From assembly GCF_000007005.1 (NCBI RefSeq), contig NC_002754.1: DNA of 64,000 nucleotides. The stretch is one strand, 5' to 3'. Under the pieces are notes generated by a model. That model had not been told where the DNA came from and did not search any database. It saw only the letters and a program-made list of their open reading frames with translations. This document shows positions 45,351 through 56,304 of this stretch, piece after piece (position 1 is the stretch's first letter; every line of letters starts with the position of its first letter). The position numbers and the translations under genes are program-made. The DNA comes from Saccharolobus solfataricus P2 (lineage in GTDB: Archaea; Thermoproteota; Thermoprotei_A; Sulfolobales; Sulfolobaceae).

Positions 45351-46228
45351 TAGGAATGAAAATAGCTTATTATCCTGGATGTGCAACCCATGGTCTATCT
45401 AAGGATGTAGATATAGCCACAAAAAAGGTAGCAGAAGTACTTGGGGTTGAGCTAGTTGAAGTACCAGATTGGAACTGTTGTGGTGGTGGATTTTATGATG
45501 AGTATGACGAAGTTGGTCATGTAGCCCTTAACTTAAGGAATTTATCGCAAGTAGAAAAGATGGGTCTTACGAAAATGGTAACACCATGTAGCGTGTGCCT
45601 TCATAGTCATAGATTAGCTACATATAAATATAAAGAGGATAAAGATATAAAAAGGAAGACTGATAAAAGACTAGAGGGCACTTCAGTTAAATATGAGGGA
45701 AAAGTCGATGCAGAACACATAGTTTGGGTTCTGTTAAGAGATGTAGGATTAGAAAATATTAAGAAACACGTTAAGAAACCTCTGACTGCACTTAAAGTAG
45801 GCACTTATTACGGATGCCAAATGTTAAGACCAGAGCAAATAATGGGATTTGAGAAGGCTTATAATCCCAGTAGTTTATCTGAACTAGTTGCAGTTACTGG
45901 GGCTACACCGGTTCCTTTTCCTGCCATGACCTCATGTTGTGGATTTCCACTAGTTGGAAGTAATCCTAAAGGCGCTTTGAAGTTGGCATTTAACGTTCTT
46001 AATAGCGCTAAACAGTCTGGAGCTGATTTAGTAATACATCCATGCAGCCTATGTCACCTTCAGTTGGACTCCTTACAGTTAAAGGTTAAGGCTGAATTTA
46101 ACATAGGTTGGACTATGCCTGCAATATATGTGACGCAGCTATTGGGTTTATCCTTCGGTTTCAGTCCTGAGGAACTAGGAATAGGAAAGCTTGCGATTGA
46201 GGTACTACGAAGTAAGGGAGTGATATGA
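45347..46228 (+). CDS. sdhC: Succinate dehydrogenase CCG-domain subunit (SdhC/SdhE type)
   Basis: 293 aa; YYPGC, CCGGG, CCG, CSLC (HdrB-like). Confidence 0.92.
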
Positions 46229-46594
46229 ATGAGTGAGGAAATCAAAAAAGTTATTCAAGATATTGGGGGAAAGCCAGATGAATGGGTTAATGTTTCCGAA
46301 AGGCCAGGAAAGGAACCATTTGCGAAGGAACTCAATTATAGTCTCGAGGATTATTTCTGGGGTAAGGTTCATGTGAGGAACGAAGGGGATATTTATGTTT
46401 TAGTGATCTCAAAGGACGTATTCAATTGGAAAGAAAGGATAAAGGATTTGAAACTTAATGGAAATGTTATTGATGCGGCTGGAGGTCTGATGTGGATTCA
46501 AGAGTTTAATATCCAAGGGTTAAAAAGAGATTTCGAGTTCTTAAAGACTTTCATAGAAGATATAAGGAAGCAAAAACAACAGAAAACTTCATAA
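46229..46594 (+). CDS. sdhD: Succinate dehydrogenase small subunit (SdhD/SdhF type)
   Basis: 121 aa; fourth gene of the operon. Confidence 0.85.
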   Translation: MSEEIKKVIQDIGGKPDEWVNVSERPGKEPFAKELNYSLEDYFWGKVHVRNEGDIYVLVISKDVFNWKERIKDLKLNGNVIDAAGGLMWIQEFNIQGLKRDFEFLKTFIEDIRKQKQQKTS

Positions 46595-46615
46595 TTTTTT
46601 ATTATATACTTATAT

Positions 46616-46670
46616 GGCCATACTCAGCAGACACCCGCGTGTCCCGTGGGAGAGTGAAGTTGAGGCCTCC
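46616..46670. ncRNA. Candidate small structured RNA
   Basis: GC-rich island between convergent genes; nested stems GGCC/GGCC, TCAGC/GTTGA, GACAC-CCGC-GTGTC; followed by a T-run on +. Confidence 0.45.
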
Positions 46671-46681
46671 TCTTTTTCTTT

Positions 46682-48040
46682 TTAACTTTCCACTACTTTC
46701 AACAAGTCTTCGTGGTCTAATTTATAGGTTATTAAATACTCATCGGATACTCTTCTAAGATCAGCATTATCTCCCCTAATCATGACACTTATTAGTTGAG
46801 AGTTGGCCTCTTTTAATGATCTTCTCACAGTAGTTTCTGCAATTTTATCTTCTCCATCTGTTAATAATATTATTTCACTTACCCCTTTAACATGACCTTC
46901 CTTTATGTCTTCGCAAGCAGATATTATTGATCTGCTTATATCTGTACCACCTCCTCCTCTAATTTTCCCTATATACTCTATCATTTTTATGACGTCTTTG
47001 CTCTTGGCATTCTTCTGAACTTTAATTAATGGATACGGAATATTGTCGAAGAATCTGAGGTAGAAATCTCTATTTTCTCTTTTTGCTCTACTGTATAATG
47101 CTAGTGCTACAGCTTTGGCCCATAATATTTTCTCTCCATCCATACTTCCCGATTTATCAAGTAATAGATATATGGGGCCTAATGTTTCTTTAATCTGTTT
47201 TTGATATAATAACAACTGGCCTTCTGCTAGTTTCAAGTAAAAGAGCATATCTGGTAGGGCCAATTCGGAGTAGACTATCCTTTCAATATCACTTCCCTCT
47301 TCATATCCGTATAATTCACCTTTCGAGAATCTAGTTGTCCTCCTCTTTGTAATACTACCTAATTTTGGAATACCACTTAAAAACTCCAAGATCTTCTTAA
47401 TTTCAGTATTCCTTGCGAGTCTTAACACTTCATGAATCTCTCCTTCAAACGTTAGGACGCTTCCAGTGCCTGCTCCATTCCCTCCAACGATCTTTTGCAT
47501 GTTTCTCACTGAATTGGCATCCTCTATGGCCTTAGACATTGCCTTCTCATGGGCTTGCCTGAGGACCTTTTCCATAGATTGTTGATTGGAATTCTTTTGT
47601 TCTTTCCCTTCTTTTGAAGAGCTTCCTTTCATTAAACCGTTTAGTATCTCTTCAGCCGCTTCCCTCTCCTCCATAGATTGGGAGGTCTTCTTTATTCTTT
47701 CTAACTCCTCAATAAGATTTTGGACGTAACTCACGGTTAAAGCTAAGCTCACAGCAGAGTTCACAATTGAGTATTCCCTGTTTTTTAGAACTATGTCAGA
47801 AGATAGAGTGGAATTTACTAATGAATAAGCTATCTCTTGGTTCTTTTCTATTTCACTTTTTCCTTTGGTTATTGGCAATGGTAAATAGTGCACGTAATAG
47901 GTGTCAACTAAAAACGTTTCATTTAATTGTACATCTCTTCCTAGTAATTTTTTCAAAGTATATGATATTCTTTCTCCTCTATATTTAACTAGAGGATCTC
48001 TATAGTCTATTCCTCTTAATACACCTTCCTCTTCACTCAT
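46682..48040 (-). CDS. VWA-domain protein (ViaA/CoxE-like)
   Basis: 452 aa; [22 protein letters not shown]. Confidence 0.92.
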   Translation of the reverse strand: MSEEEGVLRGIDYRDPLVKYRGERISYTLKKLLGRDVQLNETFLVDTYYVHYLPLPITKGKSEIEKNQEIAYSLVNSTLSSDIVLKNREYSIVNSAVSLALTVSYVQNLIEELERIKKTSQSMEEREAAEEILNGLMKGSSSKEGKEQKNSNQQSMEKVLRQAHEKAMSKAIEDANSVRNMQKIVGGNGAGTGSVLTFEGEIHEVLRLARNTEIKKILEFLSGIPKLGSITKRRTTRFSKGELYGYEEGSDIERIVYSELALPDMLFYLKLAEGQLLLYQKQIKETLGPIYLLLDKSGSMDGEKILWAKAVALALYSRAKRENRDFYLRFFDNIPYPLIKVQKNAKSKDVIKMIEYIGKIRGGGGTDISRSIISACEDIKEGHVKGVSEIILLTDGEDKIAETTVRRSLKEANSQLISVMIRGDNADLRRVSDEYLITYKLDHEDLLKVVES

Positions 48041-49185
48041 GGATAAATCCCTAATTTTCTAGCCACTTTTTCTATTAATTTGTCTATCTCACTTAAAACT
48101 TCTTTGGAAAACTCTTCAACTTTCTCATCTCCACTTTCTTTGCCTAAAGCTACTATTCTATCTCTAGTTGCCCTTAGACTTCTAATCAATTCAATTAGTC
48201 TAGGATCAGACTCATTCGCTGCTTCGACATATTTCGCAGCTTCCTTAATGTTATTATATATCTCATTCAATTCTTTCATATATTTAATTGGTGTCTTTAA
48301 CTCTTCAGATAATAATGCAGCTACTTTTTCAAAGTCATCTATTTCCCTTGGAGCTATATATTTTAAAACTATTAGATCTTCCTCAGTAGCCTTCAGTCTA
48401 CTATTCAATATTGCATGCGCAGAAACCACTTTTAGAACTTTACCCTTTCTTCTATCTGATAAGTGGATTCCCTTTTCCTCAAGCATTGCATATAGTTTCA
48501 ATAATTTGTTCTTAACTCCAGACAAATCAACTTGGGATAAGTATGAATATAGCTTATCTAAATGCTCTATGTTCATTATTGGTTCCTTGACAGCCCATCT
48601 ATTGGTAAATTCTATTTCCCATGTCGCATCTAACAGCTGTTTCCATAGCTCCTCTCCTACTGGTCTAGCGTAATGCCTTAAAAGTAATCTATCGTATAGT
48701 GCCTCCAACTCTGGTTCATCTGGTACTCTATTGCTTGCTGATATTAGTGTCCTTAAAGGTACCTTTATCACGTTATAACCATCATAAATTACTCTCTCGT
48801 TTAACAATGATAATAAAGCGTTAAGGATTGCAGAGTTTGCATTGAATATCTCATCTAGAAATGCTATTTGGCTCTCTGGTAGTCTATCTTTTGTAATTCT
48901 TTTATATTGTCCATCTTTTAGGGCATTTATATCAAGTGCTCCAAATAATTCTGCAGGTTCAGTGTATTTCGTTAATAGGTACATGAAGAATTTAGCGTTT
49001 AACAATTCTGCAGCTCTTCTCGCTAGAGCCGATTTCGCGGTACCAGGTTCTCCTATTAGTATTACATGCTCTTTACTAAGTAAGGCTAATGTAATCACTT
49101 TTGCTTCTTCTTCCCTTCCTATAAACGGTGCCATTAAAGCTTCCATGAATTTCTTGGGTAATTCAAGTAATGTCTTTTCACTCAA
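48037..49185 (-). CDS. MoxR-family AAA+ ATPase (RavA-like)
   Basis: 382 aa; [34 protein letters not shown]. Confidence 0.92.
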   Translation of the reverse strand: MSEKTLLELPKKFMEALMAPFIGREEEAKVITLALLSKEHVILIGEPGTAKSALARRAAELLNAKFFMYLLTKYTEPAELFGALDINALKDGQYKRITKDRLPESQIAFLDEIFNANSAILNALLSLLNERVIYDGYNVIKVPLRTLISASNRVPDEPELEALYDRLLLRHYARPVGEELWKQLLDATWEIEFTNRWAVKEPIMNIEHLDKLYSYLSQVDLSGVKNKLLKLYAMLEEKGIHLSDRRKGKVLKVVSAHAILNSRLKATEEDLIVLKYIAPREIDDFEKVAALLSEELKTPIKYMKELNEIYNNIKEAAKYVEAANESDPRLIELIRSLRATRDRIVALGKESGDEKVEEFSKEVLSEIDKLIEKVARKLGIYP

Positions 49186-49621
49186 TTTTATCCCATTCTT
49201 AACTTCTCAATTTTAGCTTATAAACAAAAATTAAGAACGGTCTTATACGAAGAAGGGGAAGAACTCTTATCCTTTAAGGTGGAAAAACCAGATCTAACCC
49301 AATTTCTTTGACATTCCTTATGTGGCTCTAATACTTTTATTTCCTGATTTTAAGTAATATTGAGAATCCTTATTCAACTGTTAACATATAATAAATAGTA
49401 TAATATAATGAAAAATATCTATTGGCTATAGTCACTCTGCACATTCCTTTAATTCAAGATTTATCTTGTACACAATTTAAAATTCTTAGGATCATATATC
49501 AACTTACTTCTCTTTCCTTTTCCCCTTCATGTTTAATACTTTTTAACATCCTTTCATTAACACATAGATTTATAAATGGATAAAATGATATTTGAAATAA
49601 CAAATCTGTGAGTCGAGTCGA

Positions 49622-50068
49622 ATGGAAGAAAAAGTAGGTAATCTAAAACCAAATATGGAAAGCGTAAATGTAACCGTAAGAGTTTTGGAAGCAAGCGAAG
49701 CAAGACAAATACAGACAAAGAACGGTGTTAGAACAATCAGTGAGGCTATTGTTGGAGATGAAACGGGAAGAGTAAAGTTAACATTATGGGGAAAACATGC
49801 AGGTAGTATAAAAGAAGGTCAAGTGGTAAAGATAGAAAACGCGTGGACCACCGCTTTTAAGGGTCAAGTACAGTTAAATGCTGGAAGCAAAACTAAGATA
49901 GCTGAAGCTTCAGAAGATGGATTTCCAGAATCATCTCAAATACCAGAAAATACACCAACAGCTCCTCAGCAAATGCGTGGAGGAGGAAGAGGATTCCGCG
50001 GTGGGGGAAGAAGGTATGGAAGAAGAGGTGGTAGAAGACAAGAAAACGAAGAAGGTGAAGAGGAGTGA
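49622..50068 (+). CDS. ssb: Crenarchaeal single-stranded DNA-binding protein
   Basis: 148 aa; single OB fold ([14 protein letters not shown]) + G/R-rich and acidic tail. Confidence 0.96.
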   Translation: MEEKVGNLKPNMESVNVTVRVLEASEARQIQTKNGVRTISEAIVGDETGRVKLTLWGKHAGSIKEGQVVKIENAWTTAFKGQVQLNAGSKTKIAEASEDGFPESSQIPENTPTAPQQMRGGGRGFRGGGRRYGRRGGRRQENEEGEEE

Positions 50069-50346
50069 ATTTTGAAGATGTGAAAGATAAAAAACCAAAG
50101 AAGATAGGCGAGTTGATTGATAGGAGCGAAGAGAGTGATAATTACATAGTAAAAGTGGCTGAAGACAAAGTATACGAGCTTGCTCCTATAGCTTATTATA
50201 TTTGGGCTATGTGTGATGGTAATAGAAGTGTGGATGAAATAGTTAATGAATTAAGTAAAGAGGCAAATTTAGATATATCACAAGTACGTGACCCCGTAGT
50301 AATGGTATTAGACGAGTTAGAAAAGGCGTCACTCATAACTTTTTAA
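50065..50346 (+). CDS. PqqD-like winged-helix protein
   Basis: 93 aa; [27 protein letters not shown]; GTG start overlaps the ssb stop. Confidence 0.8.
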   Translation: MNFEDVKDKKPKKIGELIDRSEESDNYIVKVAEDKVYELAPIAYYIWAMCDGNRSVDEIVNELSKEANLDISQVRDPVVMVLDELEKASLITF

Positions 50347-50371
50347 TCCGTATAAGATATTGTTTTTTTAT

Positions 50372-52012
50372 ATGAGAGTATTTGTTAAGGATGAATTGTT
50401 ATACTCAATAGAGGAAGCGATAAGAGTCTATTTATCATCACTAAATTTCATCCCTAAAACTGTAGAAGTAGAAGTAAAGGACTCTTTTGGATACGTGTCA
50501 GCAGAAGATCTGAACTCGCCAATTGACTATCCTCCATTTTCAAGGTCTAACGTAGATGGTTATGCCTTAAAGTCCTCATGCACTCCCGGAGAACTGAAGG
50601 TGATAGATAGAATAGAAATTGGTGAATTTAAAGAAGTTCACATAAATGAGTGCGTAGCTGTTGAAGTAGATACTGGAGCAATCATCCCAATGGGTGCGGA
50701 TGCCGTAATAAAAGTTGAAGATGTCAAAATAATAAGTGGTAATCTCATAAAAGTAGACAAAAAAATGACTTTTGGCCAAAATATTGGGTGGATAGGAAGT
50801 GATATTCCTAAAAATTCAATTATATTGAGAAAAGGTGAAGTGATTTCCCATGAGAAGATTGGCTTGTTAGCGTCATTAGGAATAAGTAAGGTAAAGGTAT
50901 ATGAAAAGTTAAAGGTATATCTAATTGCAACGGGAGATGAACTTGTTGAACCTGGTAACTCCTTGTCCCCAGGCAAAATTTATGAGTCTAATCTACATTA
51001 CCTATATTCTAAGCTTAAACAAAATTATCAAATAGTTGGTCTTTCATTACTTAGAGATGATATAGAGAGCATTAAAAATGAGATAAAGAGAGCTATTTCG
51101 CTTGCTGATGTTTTGATACTAACCGGTGGCACTAGCGCTGGAGAAAAGGATTTCGTCCACAGAGCTATAAAAGAGTTAGGTAGTATAATAGTTCATGGTA
51201 TAAAGATAAAGCCTGGAAAGCCGACCATTTTAGGAGTAGTAGATAACAAGCCGGTAATTGGATTGCCTGGGAATATAGTATCTTCAGTTGTAGTTTTTGA
51301 TACGGTTATCTCAGAAATTCTGAGAAATCTCTATCCTTCCCGCAAAGAAATTGTTGAATTAGGCAAAATTAAAGCTAAGTTAGCACTGGGGACTAAGGCT
51401 GATAAATATAGAAATACTCTAATTCCAGTCTATTTGTTTAAAAGTGTTGATAGTTCCTATTACGCACTTCCAGTAAAGTTCGAGAGTTATATGATAGGTA
51501 CTTTTTCCTTAACTGAGGGTTATATAATGCTTAATCCAAACGAAGAAATCGAAGAAGGTAAGGAAGTTGAGGTTAACGTGAAGAAGTTTGATGATTCGAT
51601 ATCTATTATAGGAGAAGAGGATAAGAGGATTCTAAATTCAGATACGAAAAATGTATTGCTGGGTTCCTTGCCTGCAAAAAAAGCTATAGAATACAAATTT
51701 GGAGATGTTGCAGTTATTAGTTCGTTGTATTCTTCATCAGTAGATAATTATGATAGGGTTTTCTGTAGGCAAATTTTAGTTAATGGTGAGGGAGAGGAAA
51801 TAGGTTATGACGATTGGATTGGGATGTCCAAAATCGTAAAGAACCCGGTAGTGAAGTTAAGATCTCCTTCCACAATTTACTCGTTATTAGGAAAGGCTAA
51901 GGTTTATGCTCCAGAAGGCTATATTATTGGTAAAAAGGTATTCGAGGAATGTCTATACATGATAGGAATTAGTGAAAGAGGCAAGAGGTATCTAAGCACG
52001 ATAAAAGTATAA
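50372..52012 (+). CDS. moeA: Molybdopterin molybdotransferase MoeA with C-terminal extension
   Basis: PPFSRSNVDGYA, TGDEL, TGGTSAG, IKPGKP, GLPGN; ATG 50372 preferred. Confidence 0.92.
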   Translation: MRVFVKDELLYSIEEAIRVYLSSLNFIPKTVEVEVKDSFGYVSAEDLNSPIDYPPFSRSNVDGYALKSSCTPGELKVIDRIEIGEFKEVHINECVAVEVDTGAIIPMGADAVIKVEDVKIISGNLIKVDKKMTFGQNIGWIGSDIPKNSIILRKGEVISHEKIGLLASLGISKVKVYEKLKVYLIATGDELVEPGNSLSPGKIYESNLHYLYSKLKQNYQIVGLSLLRDDIESIKNEIKRAISLADVLILTGGTSAGEKDFVHRAIKELGSIIVHGIKIKPGKPTILGVVDNKPVIGLPGNIVSSVVVFDTVISEILRNLYPSRKEIVELGKIKAKLALGTKADKYRNTLIPVYLFKSVDSSYYALPVKFESYMIGTFSLTEGYIMLNPNEEIEEGKEVEVNVKKFDDSISIIGEEDKRILNSDTKNVLLGSLPAKKAIEYKFGDVAVISSLYSSSVDNYDRVFCRQILVNGEGEEIGYDDWIGMSKIVKNPVVKLRSPSTIYSLLGKAKVYAPEGYIIGKKVFEECLYMIGISERGKRYLSTIKV

Positions 52013-52250
52013 ATAATAATAGGCTTAATTTGGAGTAATGCTCTAAAGTATTAAATTAAAGATATAACTAGCTCTCTATCAAAGTTAGGTTATATGATCG
52101 ATAGCTGTTACCGACAGTATCCGATAAACTATGAACCTTTCATCTAATATTATCCATTATTGCTATATCTCTCTTCGCTATTGGATAAGCGGATGTTATA
52201 TGCCTCCACAAGATAATAAGAAATTTATAAGTACTATTATTATTTAAGTT

Positions 52251-53186
52251 GTGGAGTGTAAAAGGGCTAGGGCGTATTCCAGTTCGGCTAATTTAGGTTC
52301 GGGCTTCGACATATTATCAATAGCACATACTGCGTTTTTTGACACTGTGGAAATATGTGTTGAGAATAAGAATTTAAATAACATTATAGTTGAAAGTAAT
52401 TCAAAAATCCCACTAGAACCAAATAAGAACTCTGCTACTTATCCAATAGTTAAGATTATGGAGGAAATAGGGATAAAGGCTAGCCTTAAAGTTAGAGTAA
52501 TAAAGGGTATTCCAGAGGGTTTAGGATTAGGGAGTAGTGGAGCATCGGCTGCTGCTGCTGTCATGGCGTTCAATAATCTATTTAACCTAAACTTGTCTAA
52601 GGAGGATCTTGTCAGATATGCAATGTATGGAGAGATCGCCTCTTCTGGGTCTCCTCATCCAGATAATGTCGCCGCTAGTGTTTTTGGCGGAGTTGTGTCT
52701 GTAGTTTCCGTTAGTCCGGTTAAAGTTGTTGAAATACCTATAAATTACTCATTTGATATTTTGCTTTTCACCCCATTAAATGTGCATATTGAAGAGAAAA
52801 CTAAGAAAGCTAGGGAAATGGTACCTAAAACAGTTACACTTTCTGATTATATAAATAATTCGAGATATATATCGTCATTACTTCTTGGTTTCATTAAAGG
52901 GGAGAGGGAGTTGATAAGATTAGGTTTAAACGATAAAATTGTAGAAAAGGCAAGACTTCCCTTATTCCCTTACTATCCTAAAATTAAAGAGGTTGCGATA
53001 AAATATGACGCAATAGGCGCTTGCGTAAGTGGTGCAGGTCCTTCAATCCTAGTTTTGACCGATAAGATGACCGATGAAAATAAAATTGTAGAAGAGGGAA
53101 CTAAAACTTGTAATGAATTCAATGTTGAATGTAAAGTTATTAAAGCCAAGATTGCTGGAGGTGTAGGGATTGAAGGACGCGACTAG
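52251..53186 (+). CDS. thrB: Homoserine kinase
   Basis: 311 aa; SSANLGSGFD, PEGLGLGSSGAS, HPDNVA, SGAGPS. Confidence 0.93.
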   Translation: MECKRARAYSSSANLGSGFDILSIAHTAFFDTVEICVENKNLNNIIVESNSKIPLEPNKNSATYPIVKIMEEIGIKASLKVRVIKGIPEGLGLGSSGASAAAAVMAFNNLFNLNLSKEDLVRYAMYGEIASSGSPHPDNVAASVFGGVVSVVSVSPVKVVEIPINYSFDILLFTPLNVHIEEKTKKAREMVPKTVTLSDYINNSRYISSLLLGFIKGERELIRLGLNDKIVEKARLPLFPYYPKIKEVAIKYDAIGACVSGAGPSILVLTDKMTDENKIVEEGTKTCNEFNVECKVIKAKIAGGVGIEGRD

Positions 53187-54300
53187 AGCAGTAAGGGAAG
53201 ACATAGATGACTTAACTGGTGCTATAACTACTCCTATATATCAGACTTCTGCCTATCATTATCCCGAGGGAGAAAAATATAGATATTCTAGGGAATCAAA
53301 TCCTACTGTTCTAGAGCTAGCTAAGAAAATAGTAGAACTTGAGAACGCTGAGATGGGTATTGCGTTTTCTTCTGGGATGGGAGCTATCTCCACTACTGCC
53401 CTAGCACTGCTAAAGCCTGGAAATAGTGTTTTGGTTCATCGTGACATGTTCGGGAGGTCCTATCGTTTCTTTACAGACTACCTTAAAAACTGGGGTGTTA
53501 ATGTAGAGGCATCATATCCTGGGAACAATAATATTATAGAGAAAGCAAAGTCTAAGAGGTATGATGTAATATTTGTGGAGAATATCACAAATCCACTATT
53601 AAGGGTTATAGATGTCGCTGAATTATCCAAGGTAGCAAAGGAGCAAGGAAGCATATTGATTGTAGATGCGACTTTTTCTACCCCAATAAATCAAAAGCCA
53701 TTGGAGTTAGGAGCTGACATAGTAGTGCACAGTGCGTCGAAGTTTTTGGCTGGACATAATGACGTAATAGCGGGATTAGCTGCTGGTTACAGTAAGTACT
53801 TAAATGTTATAGATCAAATGAGAAGGACTTTAGGAACTTCTTTAGATCCTCATGCAGCATATCTAACTTTGAGGGGTATTAAGACTCTTAAAATAAGGAT
53901 GGATGTTATCAATAGGAATGCGGAGCAAATCGCTGAATTTTTAGAAGGACATCCTAAAGTCGTAAAAGTATATTATCCTGGTCTTAAGTCTCATGTGGAT
54001 TACGATATAGCGAGAAAGGTTCTTAAAGGATTCGGAGGCGTTTTAAGTTTTGAAGTAAATGGAGGTCAAGAAAGTGCGTTAAAAGTAATGAAATCACTTA
54101 AGTTGATAATCCCTGCACAAACGCTTGGTGGGGTTAATTCTGTTATATCACATCCGGCCACTATGTCACATAGGACACTTAGTTTAGAAGAAAGAAAGAT
54201 AGTTGGGATAACTGATAGCCTCCTCAGACTTTCCGTTGGAATAGAAGATGTAAATGACTTGATAGAGGATCTAGATAGGGCATTGAGCACTTTATACTAG
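53170..54300 (+). CDS. metB: Cystathionine gamma-synthase-family PLP enzyme
   Basis: 376 aa; YSRESNPT, SSGMGAI, HSASKFLAGH, RLSVGIED. Confidence 0.85.
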   Translation: MKDATRAVREDIDDLTGAITTPIYQTSAYHYPEGEKYRYSRESNPTVLELAKKIVELENAEMGIAFSSGMGAISTTALALLKPGNSVLVHRDMFGRSYRFFTDYLKNWGVNVEASYPGNNNIIEKAKSKRYDVIFVENITNPLLRVIDVAELSKVAKEQGSILIVDATFSTPINQKPLELGADIVVHSASKFLAGHNDVIAGLAAGYSKYLNVIDQMRRTLGTSLDPHAAYLTLRGIKTLKIRMDVINRNAEQIAEFLEGHPKVVKVYYPGLKSHVDYDIARKVLKGFGGVLSFEVNGGQESALKVMKSLKLIIPAQTLGGVNSVISHPATMSHRTLSLEERKIVGITDSLLRLSVGIEDVNDLIEDLDRALSTLY

Positions 54301-54611
54301 ATTATTGTTCTTATTTCATGTCTTAATTCTTCCTCTAACATTTCTCTTATCTCTCTTCTGTGTACTCTGCTTAAATGTAAATAAAGTCCTTTTTTTGTGA
54401 AGGGTCCTCTATTACATAATTTACAATATAATAAATTATTATTCTCATAAACTAGCCAAAAAGATACTTTATCTATAACGTTCAAAGCCAATTTCTTTGA
54501 GGAAATTCCAACCAACTTAATTATCTCATCGTCCTTGACCATCATTTTACAAGCTTTCTTAACGCTAGGATCAATCAATTTTTCTGCAATTATTGTAATT
54601 CCACTGTCCAT
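54297..54611 (-). CDS. Small C2H2 zinc-finger protein
   Basis: 104 aa; CKLC-x12-H-x4-H. Confidence 0.8.
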   Translation of the reverse strand: MDSGITIIAEKLIDPSVKKACKMMVKDDEIIKLVGISSKKLALNVIDKVSFWLVYENNNLLYCKLCNRGPFTKKGLYLHLSRVHRREIREMLEEELRHEIRTII

Positions 54612-55129
54612 TTTTCATCCCATACTGAAGCAATGCCTATTGAAACTGTGGCTAATGCTATTAGTCTGTTGGCTCTTTTCTCCAAGTTAGTGAAGTCAAA
54701 GAATTGTTTCACATCATTTATGTCTATTCCCAATACCCTTAGAATCCTTTCCACTTTAACTTCCAATTCTAATATTTCAGTTTCTAATGTTCCTATATCT
54801 AGTTTTCTCTTAACATCTATGATGAAATCTAATATATCCCCTAATTCATTTTCACTTATTTCATTAAAGACACTCGTTATCTTCCTTCTAACCTTTGAGC
54901 CTATAACTTCTGCCATCCCTGGAGAATAGTCGATTGGTGATAATTTAGAAATCCACAGATCAATATATTTCATTATGGTATTCCTCACTTCCTCACTCTC
55001 CCCTTCCAATTCAAGCACTATGGATGCAGCAGCCAGTATGTGAGCTAATGCCTCACCTACTCTTAGCTCCTCCTCGTAAGTAGTAAACATGTCGATTGAC
55101 GAATTTTTACTATCAATTTCCGTGCTCAA
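54590..55129 (-). CDS. Hypothetical helical protein
   Basis: 179 aa; overlaps the start of the zinc-finger gene. Confidence 0.75.
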   Translation of the reverse strand: MSTEIDSKNSSIDMFTTYEEELRVGEALAHILAAASIVLELEGESEEVRNTIMKYIDLWISKLSPIDYSPGMAEVIGSKVRRKITSVFNEISENELGDILDFIIDVKRKLDIGTLETEILELEVKVERILRVLGIDINDVKQFFDFTNLEKRANRLIALATVSIGIASVWDEKWTVELQ

Positions 55130-55266
55130 GATCTATTCCCTACCTATTGTGCTTTGCGGATGAAAATATGAGAGAGAGATCAGATAATACTAAATCGCCG
55201 GATGGTATGATGTGATAGTGGTATTATTAGGATAACTTAAAGTATAAAGTAGGAAAAGATTTAAAT

Positions 55267-56274
55267 ATGAAAGCATTTGTTTTCGGGATTGGCGGTGGAG
55301 GTGACGTAGTATCTGCAATAGTTGCATATAATTACTTAAGGAAGTTAGGTTACGACGTTTTGCTTGGTTCAGTAGTTTGGGAAAGATATGTAGAGGATCC
55401 TATACCAGGACCCATATGTTTTGATAACATAAGAAACGGTGTTTTAGTAAATCAAGGTCTATACAAGGTTAATAGGGATACCTATGCGATTAGAGGCAAT
55501 AGGCGAGTAGTACCTCAATTAGTAAGAGCTGTTAGAGCATTAAATTTAGGTGAGGCTTATGGAATTTGTAATAAAGATGGGGTAATAGGTCTTTATTCAT
55601 CATTAAAAGAGTTTGTAAATAAGGAAAAAATTGACCTAATAGTAGGAGTAGATGCAGGAGGTGATGTACTGGCCAAGGGTTGTGAGGAAACTTTAGGTAG
55701 TCCACTCATTGACTTTATCTCTTTAGCATCGCTTGTCAAGTTAGAGGAAGATGGCTATAATGTTATGCTAGGAGTTATAGGAAGTGGCAGTGATGGAGAG
55801 TTACAATATGATTACTTTCTTAAACGGATCAGTGAAATAGCTTCGTTAAATGGTTTGCTAGATATTAAAGGTTATGATAGGGAAACAGCGAATCTAGTGG
55901 GGAGGATTTTGAATGAAGTTACTACTGAGGCATCAAAGATTCCTTTTGATGCATTCAAAGGATTATACGGAGAGATAACCATTAGAAACGGTACAAGAAA
56001 GGTTCTAGTTACTCCAATATCTGCTGTTATGTTCTTTCTTGACCCCATTAAGATAGCCGAGACTAGTCCCCTTTACAGCCTTGTTAAAGATTCTATTTCA
56101 ATTGATGATGCTAAAAAGAATCTTAATGAAGTTGGTATATATACTGAATATAATTTTGAAGAGGATTTATATAACGAATTTGGTTTAAACGCTTCTCATG
56201 CTTCTGCATATGATGTGGATAGGATTAGAGTAGAAGGTAAGAGGAAATTGGGAGGCGTTAAAATAAAGTGCTAG
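55267..56274 (+). CDS. DUF1152-type protein
   Basis: 335 aa; GIGGGGDV, VDAGGDVL, GSDGEL. Confidence 0.8.
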   Translation: MKAFVFGIGGGGDVVSAIVAYNYLRKLGYDVLLGSVVWERYVEDPIPGPICFDNIRNGVLVNQGLYKVNRDTYAIRGNRRVVPQLVRAVRALNLGEAYGICNKDGVIGLYSSLKEFVNKEKIDLIVGVDAGGDVLAKGCEETLGSPLIDFISLASLVKLEEDGYNVMLGVIGSGSDGELQYDYFLKRISEIASLNGLLDIKGYDRETANLVGRILNEVTTEASKIPFDAFKGLYGEITIRNGTRKVLVTPISAVMFFLDPIKIAETSPLYSLVKDSISIDDAKKNLNEVGIYTEYNFEEDLYNEFGLNASHASAYDVDRIRVEGKRKLGGVKIKC

Positions 56275-56304
56275 ATTTTTATTATTGCATATTTATATTG
56301 CTAT

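Noticed and set aside
46616-46670. Hammerhead, HDV-like ribozyme or C/D sRNA identity for the GC island
   Set aside because: No CUGANGA/GAAA core, no HDV nested pseudoknot order, and C-like and D-like boxes are on opposite strands.
49186-49621. Hidden gene in the moxR-ssb gap (and similarly at 52013-52250)
   Set aside because: The frames I translated by hand contain frequent stops and no recognisable motif; at most decayed sequence plus promoters.
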